DNA of 64,000 nt. Origin: a virus. A model generated the notes under the pieces. The model was not told where the DNA came from. It ran no database searches and saw nothing but the letters and a program-made list of their open reading frames with translations. Below are positions 29,841 to 39,800 of this stretch, one piece after another (the first letter of the stretch is position 1; each line of letters opens with the position of its first letter). The translations under genes were made by a program, and so were the position numbers. Location of the stretch: the IMG/VR virus record IMGVR_UViG_3300042890_005556; one strand, given 5' to 3'.

Positions 29841-30227
29841 ATGTATTATAAAACCATGAGATACTACATAGCATCTAGTTTAGACAATGTTGCCAATGTT
29901 CGTAACGCCATTATGAGGCTGACCGAAGCTGGGTTTAGTGTCACACATGATTGGACAAGACATGGCAGAATCACAGACCCATCACAGTATCAAGCCATTG
30001 GCGAAGCAGAGTACCAAGGCGTGATTGATGCAGATTTCATCGTGTTTTTTATGCCGACTAGGTATGGAAGCCATGTTGAATTCGGTATAGCACTAGCCTC
30101 TAACAAACCGATTTATATGGTCACAAACGGCGTGGAATTTGAAGAAAAAACATTCTATCATCTACCATCCGTACATAGATACAGCGATTTAAATGAACTA
30201 TTGCGCGAATGGGGAATAGACAAATGA
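29841..30227 (+). CDS. Nucleoside 2-deoxyribosyltransferase / dNMP N-glycosidase-like protein
   Basis: YYIASS, THDWT, EYQGVIDADFIV, GSHVEFGIALASNKPIY (family catalytic Glu in G..xE.G.A). Confidence 0.8.
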   Translation: MYYKTMRYYIASSLDNVANVRNAIMRLTEAGFSVTHDWTRHGRITDPSQYQAIGEAEYQGVIDADFIVFFMPTRYGSHVEFGIALASNKPIYMVTNGVEFEEKTFYHLPSVHRYSDLNELLREWGIDK

Positions 30228-30928
30228 GTGGAAGCGTATCAACTAAGCTCGAATTAGACGTAATGCAAGTCAATGAATTGCTTGAAGCAAGCGAGCTAAT
30301 GTCCCAACATACGCTACCAGCCATGGTCATACATTCTGGCTTGGCCCCAGACGCTTACGCAGCACGGATGAGAGTCAGAGGCAGGTACAAGATAATCATC
30401 CCTATTGATTGGCCAAAAGGCGAAAATTTTTCTAACTTGAAATTCAGGGGACTAAGCAAGCAAGCACTGGAAGCTGATGGGTTCGAGATAATGGTCACGC
30501 CAGGTAAGACCCTTCTAGATACAAAAAATGAGATCAACGTTCTGACTGAATTCATCAGAAACTTCCTGGGGGAATATGTGGAGGTTCGGTTTGTAATAGG
30601 CAATACTATTAAAACCGACGAGGAAATTGAAGTAATATGCAATGCCTTGTTAGGTATGAGAAACCCCACATTGTTGCGTAGCGATACTATCTTGAAAGTA
30701 CAGCAAAATGTCATCAGCGCAGAGTCGCATCTAGCCTTTGTTAATAAGCTACGCGGCTTTGGTCTTCCCACACCTATAAAGCTATCGGGGAACATGAACA
30801 ACCTGAAATCTATCGCTTCAGCGCCAGCAGTTTTCAGGTATGCTGTCAATGTAACACAAGCCAAGAATATTATTCGAGAGATCTTGCAGCAGCCCAGTGA
30901 ATTGAAGGAAATCCTGTCCGACGTTTGA
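30224..30928 (+). CDS. DeoC (deoxyribose-phosphate aldolase)-fold protein, catalytically divergent
   Basis: PIDWPKG, ADGFEIMV, VRFVIG..IKTDEEI..IC, LLRSDT (Schiff-base Lys position reads Arg by my alignment), PIKLSGN; ATGA overlap with the upstream gene. Confidence 0.55.
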   Translation: MSGSVSTKLELDVMQVNELLEASELMSQHTLPAMVIHSGLAPDAYAARMRVRGRYKIIIPIDWPKGENFSNLKFRGLSKQALEADGFEIMVTPGKTLLDTKNEINVLTEFIRNFLGEYVEVRFVIGNTIKTDEEIEVICNALLGMRNPTLLRSDTILKVQQNVISAESHLAFVNKLRGFGLPTPIKLSGNMNNLKSIASAPAVFRYAVNVTQAKNIIREILQQPSELKEILSDV

Positions 30929-30938
30929 GAATGACAAT

Positions 30939-31328
30939 ATGATACACGATCATCTAATGGAAGCAATCAGGCAAGATGCCGACCTATTGACTAAATCCGA
31001 TGCGTGGCTCGAAGAAGAGAAGAATTACTTCACAGAGCAGATGCGCAAATCCATAGAAGAGCTAAAACCCATCCTCTTAGCTATAGCTATAAAACAAAAA
31101 TTGCAGCAGCAGAACATGGTGCCTAGGCAGAAGTTCATAAGAGGCAGCACAGGCCAGATAGAGAATGTTGTGATTGACTTCTGTAAGCTACCAGAAGCAC
31201 TGAGAGATATGCTCAATAACGGCAGAGATACCTTAGATCAGTTGATAGCAGCTGGCAATATTGCCACATGGCAGATAGACGGGTATGACGTTAATACCTG
31301 CCTCCAAACGGCACCGAAAGGGATATAA
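30939..31328 (+). CDS. Hypothetical protein translationally coupled to purZ
   Basis: 129 aa; TAATG overlap with the purZ start. Confidence 0.7.
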   Translation: MIHDHLMEAIRQDADLLTKSDAWLEEEKNYFTEQMRKSIEELKPILLAIAIKQKLQQQNMVPRQKFIRGSTGQIENVVIDFCKLPEALRDMLNNGRDTLDQLIAAGNIATWQIDGYDVNTCLQTAPKGI

Positions 31329-32428
31329 TGCAAAACGGCAAGCTCAATATAGTCACAGACGGACAGCACGGTAGCACAGGCAAGGGTCTAATCAACGCAT
31401 ATCTAGCCGATAAACACCGACCAGAAATACTCAGCACGACCAATATGGCCAACGCTGGCCACACCGCAGTCAACGAAAACGGCGAACCGTTCATAGCAAA
31501 AGCATTACCGTCATCAGCGGTCCTAAACAAATGGCGAGAGGGCTATAAACCGACAGTATTCGTAGGAGCTTCATCTGCTTTTGATCTGCAACAGCTACTA
31601 AAAGAATGGGAAGAATGCGACAAGCCATTCACACTAATCCATCAAAGAGCGGGTGTCATTACACAAGAGCAAAAAGAAAGAGAATCCGGAGCATCAGGCA
31701 CAAAGCACGTTGCTAGCACCATGCAAGGATGTGGAGCATTTCTAGCAGATAAAGTCATGCGAAGAACAGATTTAAAACTCGCTAGAGATTATGAAGAGCT
31801 TCAACAATTCATGGCCATCAAAGAAGCACATACATGGCTAAAGGCACAGCTCGAAAGCTACGGTACAATTCTCCATGAAGGAAGCCAAGGATTCAGCTTG
31901 GATATAAGCCACGGTAGTCACTATCCAGAGTGTACAAGCCGCAGCACCACTGCTATTCAAAACCTTGCTGACCTTGGTCTTAACCACAAGCAAGTTGGTG
32001 ATGTGTACGTGGTTTTCCGGCCATACCCGATCAGAGTCGGCAATGTCTATGAAAATGGGGTAGAAGTAGGCAACAGTGGTGGTTGTTATGGCGACAACCA
32101 AGAGACTACTTGGGAAGCAATAGCCGATGCTGCAGGTGCACCGCCAGAGATTAAAGCCAAGGAGCTTACAACTGTCACAAAGCGACTTCGAAGGGTCTTC
32201 ACGTTTAGCATGCAGCAAATCACCGAAGCTGCTGCAGCTAACGGTGCATCATATCTTGCGCTGAATTTTGCTAACTATATTGACTGGACTTGCTATGGCA
32301 CCAACGACAAGGCAAAATTGTCAAGCAAGATTTGGGATTTCATTCATTCAGTACAAGAGCAAACAGGCGTCAAGGTGGGGCTTGTTGGTACGGGTCCTCA
32401 GATAAACCACGTAATTGACCTAAGATGA
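31328..32428 (+). CDS. purZ: PurZ, N6-succino-2-amino-2'-deoxyadenylate synthase (Z-base pathway; PurA paralog)
   Basis: DGQHGSTGKG (Ser where PurA has Asp in GDEGKG), NMANAGHT, EGSQGFSL, YPECTSR, RPYPIRVG, ELTTVTKRLRRVFTFS, and LNFANY in place of PurA TKLD; short 366-aa length as in phage PurZ. Confidence 0.85.
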   Translation: MQNGKLNIVTDGQHGSTGKGLINAYLADKHRPEILSTTNMANAGHTAVNENGEPFIAKALPSSAVLNKWREGYKPTVFVGASSAFDLQQLLKEWEECDKPFTLIHQRAGVITQEQKERESGASGTKHVASTMQGCGAFLADKVMRRTDLKLARDYEELQQFMAIKEAHTWLKAQLESYGTILHEGSQGFSLDISHGSHYPECTSRSTTAIQNLADLGLNHKQVGDVYVVFRPYPIRVGNVYENGVEVGNSGGCYGDNQETTWEAIADAAGAPPEIKAKELTTVTKRLRRVFTFSMQQITEAAAANGASYLALNFANYIDWTCYGTNDKAKLSSKIWDFIHSVQEQTGVKVGLVGTGPQINHVIDLR

Positions 32429-33204
32429 TCAACCTATTCAAAGTCGCAATTTACACAGACGAAGCGGGGTCTACCCTCGCTTCGTCTAAGAGTATTATAT
32501 CAGAATTAAATATTCCAAATGTCATTTTTAGAAACGTAGACAATAGGAATATTCTAAAATATGACGAAACTCGAATAAAGGCTGTCCTCAAAGAGTTCGA
32601 GGATTTTACCGTAGCTGGTCTGTCGACAGATATCAGAATAGATGATATGTTGTCAGATGATCAGATTTTCGATTTACGGAAGAAGATTTACCTTATTAAA
32701 CCAGTATTTGTCAGATTCGGGTGGGCTGGAGAGAAATACTCTACGGAATTTATTGCTAGAATAATAGATATGAGTATAGAGAGCAATTTTATACCGGTTA
32801 TTGAGTATGAGCATACGCATTTTAATTCTCCAAAAATCATAAAGGCACAGGACTGGGTCAACCTTTTGTCATTATCGAAGCGATTGAGAGTGAATTTTGA
32901 TCCTGTTCAGTATCTTATGCGGGTAAGAACTGATCCTATAGAGACGGTTTATGTTCCGCTTAGGAATCAAGTGAGCGTGATCGATGTAAGAGATTATAAG
33001 ATTGGCGTTGGGGCTAAGACGATTGGTTACGGGTCTATTGATTGGGCTGCGTTGTTAAAGAGACTATATTCCGATAAATATAACGGTTGGTTGGCTATTA
33101 AGCCGTCTCTGGGTATCATGCATGGTGATACTCTTGGTAGAGAGATGGTTTTTTCCCATGCTTTCAGCAATTTCAAAGAAACATTGGAGGAAGCGTGTCA
33201 ATAA
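32425..33204 (+). CDS. Xylose-isomerase-like (AP endonuclease 2 family) TIM barrel, divergent
   Basis: AIYTDE, VIEYE, VNFDPVQY, IDVRD, IGYGSIDWAALLKRLYSDKYNGWLAIKP; several metal ligands appear replaced; ATGA overlap with purZ. Confidence 0.7.
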   Translation: MINLFKVAIYTDEAGSTLASSKSIISELNIPNVIFRNVDNRNILKYDETRIKAVLKEFEDFTVAGLSTDIRIDDMLSDDQIFDLRKKIYLIKPVFVRFGWAGEKYSTEFIARIIDMSIESNFIPVIEYEHTHFNSPKIIKAQDWVNLLSLSKRLRVNFDPVQYLMRVRTDPIETVYVPLRNQVSVIDVRDYKIGVGAKTIGYGSIDWAALLKRLYSDKYNGWLAIKPSLGIMHGDTLGREMVFSHAFSNFKETLEEACQ

Positions 33205-33410
33205 ATCTTAATGAGACGACAGCTGCTATTAGAAAAGCTGGAGCCGTCAATGTTCGCGTTGTCCCTATGAAGGGGCAAACAATCGATGGTGAGCACCAAA
33301 TTGAGATTCAGAACGTGCCAGGGACTTGGCAGACTATTTTGACTGGTATTAAAAAACCTATGGCTGAGAGCATCGTGCGTGACGCCACAAACAGGGTATT
33401 GTTAGGATAA
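33195..33410 (+). CDS. Hypothetical protein
   Basis: GTG start after GGAGG; 71 aa. Confidence 0.7.
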   Translation: MSINLNETTAAIRKAGAVNVRVVPMKGQTIDGEHQIEIQNVPGTWQTILTGIKKPMAESIVRDATNRVLLG

Positions 33411-33414
33411 CCTA

Positions 33415-33837
33415 ATGGCTGGCTCAGACGTATTCGAAGTCGCACGCTACAAAATCGGAGATGTGGCGTGGTGGGTGAATTTAACAGCCAAGGATGACCC
33501 ACAAGAAGTCCCTGAAAAAGACGAATGGATGAAAAAGCATCATCCTAAGGTCTTATTCGAACGCGGTTTATACAAGTCCCTGTGGAAGACGACTGCTGCT
33601 TTGCCTAAATTAGAGAAGACGGATTTTCTCAGTATAATGCATATATTGACGTGTGAGATGAAAATAAGCGAATTCATTGTCTCAAGTATCGCAAGAAGCA
33701 ACGATACCGGCGAATTCTTTTATTCTAACTTAAACACCGAATGGCTTCCAGAGTCCAGCATGTTTGACACTAAAGAGGCAGCTGCGAAGGAAAGAAAAAG
33801 GATCATAGGGTTGGTGAAAAAATGGTGTGATTCTTAA
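33415..33837 (+). CDS. Hypothetical protein
   Basis: 140 aa; YKIGDVAW and FDTKEAA resemble common small phage proteins. Confidence 0.7.
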   Translation: MAGSDVFEVARYKIGDVAWWVNLTAKDDPQEVPEKDEWMKKHHPKVLFERGLYKSLWKTTAALPKLEKTDFLSIMHILTCEMKISEFIVSSIARSNDTGEFFYSNLNTEWLPESSMFDTKEAAAKERKRIIGLVKKWCDS

Positions 33838-33874
33838 CATTATTCAAAACTAAAGTATAAGAAGAGGACAAATC

Positions 33875-36800
33875 ATGGCAACAGATCCGTTTGCGAATAT
33901 AGGTTTTAGGGAAAACTTCTCCCAAGCTTACTACACAGAAATAATTATAGCTAGGAATAAAAAAAGCATAAGATTTGCTTCTTCCACTCCTACAGTAACA
34001 AACAGCTACCGCCAACTGATGGGTGGTAATTTATACAGAGTAGCGGAGTTACTAAGTATAACAGGACCAAAACAGCCCGTAGCCATAGAAAATAAACTAC
34101 AATATAAAAAAGACCAGCCATACTCACTCTATGATCAAGGCCAAATAAGCGACGAATTCAGAATACAAAACGTCGACCCTACCCTCTCGTTAGAGAACAG
34201 AGAAAGCTATTGGGCAAGAGTGAGTAGCCCATTAGGGAGAGAGTGGGCTGCCTACTACGCTGGAACAGATGCTAAAATAGGCTACCTCGCAAACTTCATA
34301 GACAGAAACTTAGATGACTTCACAGGCACTAATTTTGCAGGATTTGTATCTGGAACACTTAATAATGATAACGATAAGCCCAACCTATATGACACTGTTA
34401 AGATAGGAAACATATTCGGCTCCACAGTTCAAGGTAGCCAAACTGCATCTGTGTCTGTTGAGCCAGGCATGTACAAGAGCTTCATCTCGTGCAAAGTCAC
34501 ACAAGACACGAGATATTTTGACCCTACAGGCGCAGAAATAATCCAAACTGCTGAATCAGGTGATTTATTCGCCGACGAGTTCGTGTTAAACTTTTATATA
34601 TTCCCAGGTTATCACACATTTTATTATGGCTCTTGGAAGATAACAATCGAGCCGACTAATACGACAGGAACGCATAGGGTATTCATCCAGCATGCCAGAT
34701 ACTATACCTCTGCTGAATACAATATGCAGCCAATTGTGAGGAAATTTAGTGCAGACTTTGATTGGGATGGGACTTTAAGCGAGTTTAATCTTATAACTAT
34801 TAAGTACCTGTTCACTCCAAGACCTCAGGGGAGTGCGTCGACTGGCACAATTAACATTGGTAATTCTACTAGTAAAGTTAGTCTATTTGTAAATGCTGTT
34901 CCTGTCTTCGCAAGTGGTAGTGATTCGATATGGCCCCCATCTTATCCAAAAGTCTACCGTGGTTCAAGCGGTGCGGGATTGCCTAGTTATACACAGAAAC
35001 CATATATTGACCTAAAGATGGCCCCAGATAACACGCCTGTCTTCATAGTATGGGATAATGCAGTACCTTTCGGGATCACAAAAAGCGAGTTTGCATTTAT
35101 TCTTATAACTGATAAGTTAGTGGATCTTAAAGGTCTTTATACTCACCTCATTAGATTCGAAAGGATAATGCCTAATCTCACAATTGAGACGACCCCTAAC
35201 CCAGTTGTTCCTCCAACACCCCCAGTAGGCGGTATTACTTCGAAATTTTACAACAGGGCTACTTATAGTCTTGCCCCAGCGGTCTTGATGGAATTAAACA
35301 AGATACTCTTAGATTTCATGTTGTCCCAGCCAAATATTAGGATCTCTAGCGGGCCACTTGAATCAGATCCAATTCTTAATAGAATGCTAGCCGCCGCAAG
35401 CACCACCAAAAAATATTCATCAGCGATAGAATCTGACAAGAACGTTTTAGATCTCTTAAGAGAGCCAGTCTTGGTAGTAGATGATACGAATTCACTTCTA
35501 CCATATATCTTGCTAGAATATGGACTGCCCAATGACAACGTCGGGCAACTACGAGTTAAAATAACAGAAATAAAATCACCAAATGTAATCGATGAAGTAT
35601 CATCAGAAATTGAGCTACAGGGCTACGCAGAGTATATTATTAAAACCATTACCACAGACAGCTGGACAGCTGGCACGGTGACGTTGTCTACGAATTTCAG
35701 ATTTTATGTCGATGATAGTGGAATGTACGAGCCAAAATTAGATCCGTATATCGTCAACAATCCTAATCAGCTGACTCTTAATGAGTTTGGACAAGTATAT
35801 GTTGAGAGTATGCGCGTTACTTGGGCTTTTCCAAGGGACGTGAACAGTCCTTTTGTTATTCCAGATAGCTTTTTTACTAGGTATAACAGGGTGGTGGATG
35901 TAGTAACCCAGGAAGTTGAAATAGCGAAGCTCTTTGATACGGAGAGAGACTTATTACCAAATGGGTTGCCGGTCGATCTAAATATGTCTAATAAGCCGGG
36001 CACGACCCCTCCAATACCACCTAACCCTGGAACAACTCCAACACTATATTATAATCGAGCTGAATGGAGTGTACAGCCTGCTAAGGAAGCGGAAATAGAA
36101 GAAGTCCTAAAACAATTCATGATTAGTAATCAAGTGATAACTAGCGCGGATTCGCGTTTTAGAAATATATTGAATACCGCTTTGTTGACTGATTATAGAG
36201 TGATCAGAACATTCGAAATGTCATTAGGGTTTGGAGAACAGATTCTTGATGTAGTTGATACACCTCTTGCTACTAGTAGTAATGAAGTTGAAATATTTTA
36301 TGCACCAACTGATTCAACTTTTGTTGATCATTCAAAAACTAGCGGGGTGCAATTACGCGCCAGAATACCAATAAATGACCCTAATAGAAATAATTCTCAA
36401 ATTGACCTATCTAGCACAGCTAAATTTACCTTCGACATACCAGCAAATTTCGACAGTCCATCTGGTGATCTGTCCGAATATGGTGCTGGGACCATTGAAA
36501 TATTCGTAGATTTTGTTTTGAGGCAGGCAGATGTTGCGAGACCGGATATCGGCAGTGCTAACCCTTATATCGTTGGGAATAACAACGAATTTATACTTAG
36601 CTCATCTTACAGATTGGGAGCGTTACGCGCTACTATTACTGCTGATATCGGTTTAGGTACTGATTTCATTGACGAGTTTGATATTAATTTAGAACCAATA
36701 AAACTCGATCAGTTCGGGGCTGGAACTTTAGTGGACATAACGCCTTTCATTACTGGTGGTGTTCCAGTTTCCATAAATATGTCAAATGCTCCAGGCACAG

Positions 36801-39800
36801 TCGGAATTGGTGTGCCAGGTGGTACACCATTACCGCCATCTGGTGGGTCATTATCACCATCCAAGAATTATACCGCAACATTCACCCTGGCAGACCAGCC
36901 ATTTAAAATATTCGAGATAGACAATTTAAAAGGGCTGTTAAATTTTTACAGTTTCCAAGACACTCTAAACTACACATTATATGATCTTCTTCTAACCCCA
37001 TATTCTCAGAAAGTACCCATTTCGAGATACGCGTCTGACGTTTTCAAGCTAGCCCTAATCGAACAGGGTAAGATACCTGGACACCCATCAGATCAGACTG
37101 CAGGATTTTTAAAAGCGTATACTGCCTATTTTAATGACCAGGATTGTGTGCTACCGGAAGGCAGTCCGCTAGACCCCTCTTGCCAGGCATTGACCATTGA
37201 ATATATCATAGCACCTAAAGAGACGAATAAGGTATTAACATTAGGCACAAATCTCCTGAAAATGGGCATGGTTATTAATCTAGGGTGTAATGGTGGTGCC
37301 AATTGCGTTGTTGTTAGCGGCAAACAGATTCCTAGAGTGAATGGTGTGCCTACGGCCCAGTTAAGTTATGATTTTACCATGGAGATGATAGTAACAGAAG
37401 ACACATCAGGTGTGACGCCACCGACGAGTCCAAGTATAATCGTGACATATAATCTTTCAGGGCCCATAGCGCTCTGGGGTTTTTTAATAGGACAATACTC
37501 TCTTATTAATGTTTCTAGATACACTGGTGGTGCATACAATAAAGTCATAGCGTATGATGAAGCGACTATGAAATCAGGCACAAATTTTCTAGTAAAAGCT
37601 TTCGGCACCGATTCACCACTATATGAAGCCGGTAACATAGCGCCAATTAAATTGTCTGCTAGAGGGAAGAGGCTTTGGGGTTCCGATCCGGACGATTTTA
37701 CTAATGACTACACACAAATCGACTTTTTTGTGACAGCTTACATAGACACAAGATTTACAAAAACACTAACTGGCTCGTTAATTAGTGACCTAGATGCTCC
37801 CAATACAACACGAGCAGCAATAGTTTATGTGATAGAGCCTGTAACCGTACCATTTCCAAGATTCGACGGCACGATAGTTCCCTCTAAAAAATTACCAACA
37901 GTTACCTATACTGATTACACTAATGTATTAATGACCAAGCGTTTTCCCTCTGACGGCGGAGACGGCGGAGACGGCGGAGACGGCGGAGATACGACGGTCA
38001 AGAAGTACAACGGTAAATGGAATTTGGGTCCAGATTTCATTAGAGCTATAGAAAACACATACATCGAATTTCTGCAAGTACCCACATTTAATTGGCGACT
38101 TGACAATGTGGCGTCAAAGGGCTTAGGAAGCTATGATAAGCTTTTGTGGGAATTAGTAAGTGGAGGTGTCAATCCAATCGTCAATAACTGGCAGACTGCC
38201 GGATACCCAACTGGAGTTGGTCTGCAAAGACCAATAGACTCTAGATCCGTCCAATATTGGATGGAAGACGTATTAAAATACAACGGCGTCGGAACCGGAC
38301 CGACCGGAGCACCAGTCACACTAGCTTACTCATCCAGCTTCCAAGGATCTAATTTAAAATTAACAGTTTATATGAATATAGCAGTTAGAGACATAAGATT
38401 AGAAGCTGAAAAGTCAACTAGTGTAACATTGGACATCTCTAACATAATAGGCGAGTTGTCTGAAGGTGGAATAAATAAAACCTATCTGTTTGCGAATAGA
38501 AGTACTTCATTTACCATATTAGTAGACGTATACGAAGCGATGCAAACATTCAGTGCTCCGCAAGAAATGATGCTCGCACAGACAGTTCCCGACAGTTACA
38601 TCTGGCAGCCACCCAAATACATTATAGTAAACAGTGACAGCCTCAAATACAATGATGGCCTAAACGACGTATACTACTTCAGAGACGGCTACCAAACCGC
38701 TCTAAGACAGACCTACTCATTCGTTGGCACAAGAACATCACAAAACGACGTAATAGCAACATATAGGCACGGCGATGCCAGCTCATACGACCCAGAAACT
38801 ACAAACTACGACGTAGTGGTTGGCGGCTTCGACTTGGTATACCATAAAGGCACACCCAACACTCTAACTTTACTACCGATCGAAATAATAGAGTCTAAAA
38901 CCAAAAAGAAATTTGTGTGCTTTGGCAGCATCAGAGAAGTAGGAAATATATTAAACGCCTCAATAAAATCAAACGTTGTGATGACATTCATAACAGATAA
39001 CGGATCGACATCCGACACAGACGGAGCATACTGGGTATACGACAATACCTGGAAAGAGTGGTCACATACAATTCCGATCAATACCGGCGATGAGCTAAAC
39101 TTATACTGCTACAGCTGTCTCACTAATCAGGTTGGTACGCTAGAAACCAACATCAATATAATCACCAAATTCAACGTTAAACCAACTCCCAATAACCCAC
39201 CGCCATCAGTAGATCCCACCGAAATATTCCCAGCAGAATTTTCTTACGACCAATTAATCCAAAAAGTACCGGCACTACCAGTTGTATACCCCCCAGGCTT
39301 CCCAAATCCATCAGTATATCGGTTTGAATACCCTAAAACGATGGCAGTAAAGGCCAAAAGCTCAACAGATACATATGAGTTCTTTCTAGAATCTATTGAC
39401 AGCACACAACGCATTGCTACTTATAAGCTGTATGAATTCGTGAACAACGAACTGACGGTAGGTGGTTTTACTGTAGAATACACACCACACGTATCATTCA
39501 AGCTAAGTAAAGTAGACGTGTACTCAGCAGATTTAGATAGAGATTTTGAATGCTTTGGAGTAATACACATAATCTATGACAATGACGGTGCATTATTGTC
39601 GGCTGATACGTGGGAAATAATACCCACATTTGAAGACCCTAATGATTTCGCTAACTGGTATTTGACTGTCGTACAAGACCCGTTGACTGGTGGTAACCAT
39701 TTTAACACTTATTGCAACGATGGCACAAATTTTAAATGCTCAGCAAATAACTTGAAATTCGTGATGCGTATAGACGCGAATTTTAAGCATTATGCTCCAG

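Noticed and set aside
30355-30966. 203-aa minus-strand ORF
   Set aside because: Antisense to the coupled DeoC-fold gene; no motifs.
31328-32428. Ordinary adenylosuccinate synthetase purA
   Set aside because: Lacks GDEGKG and TKLD; has the PurZ-type GSTGKG and NFANY.
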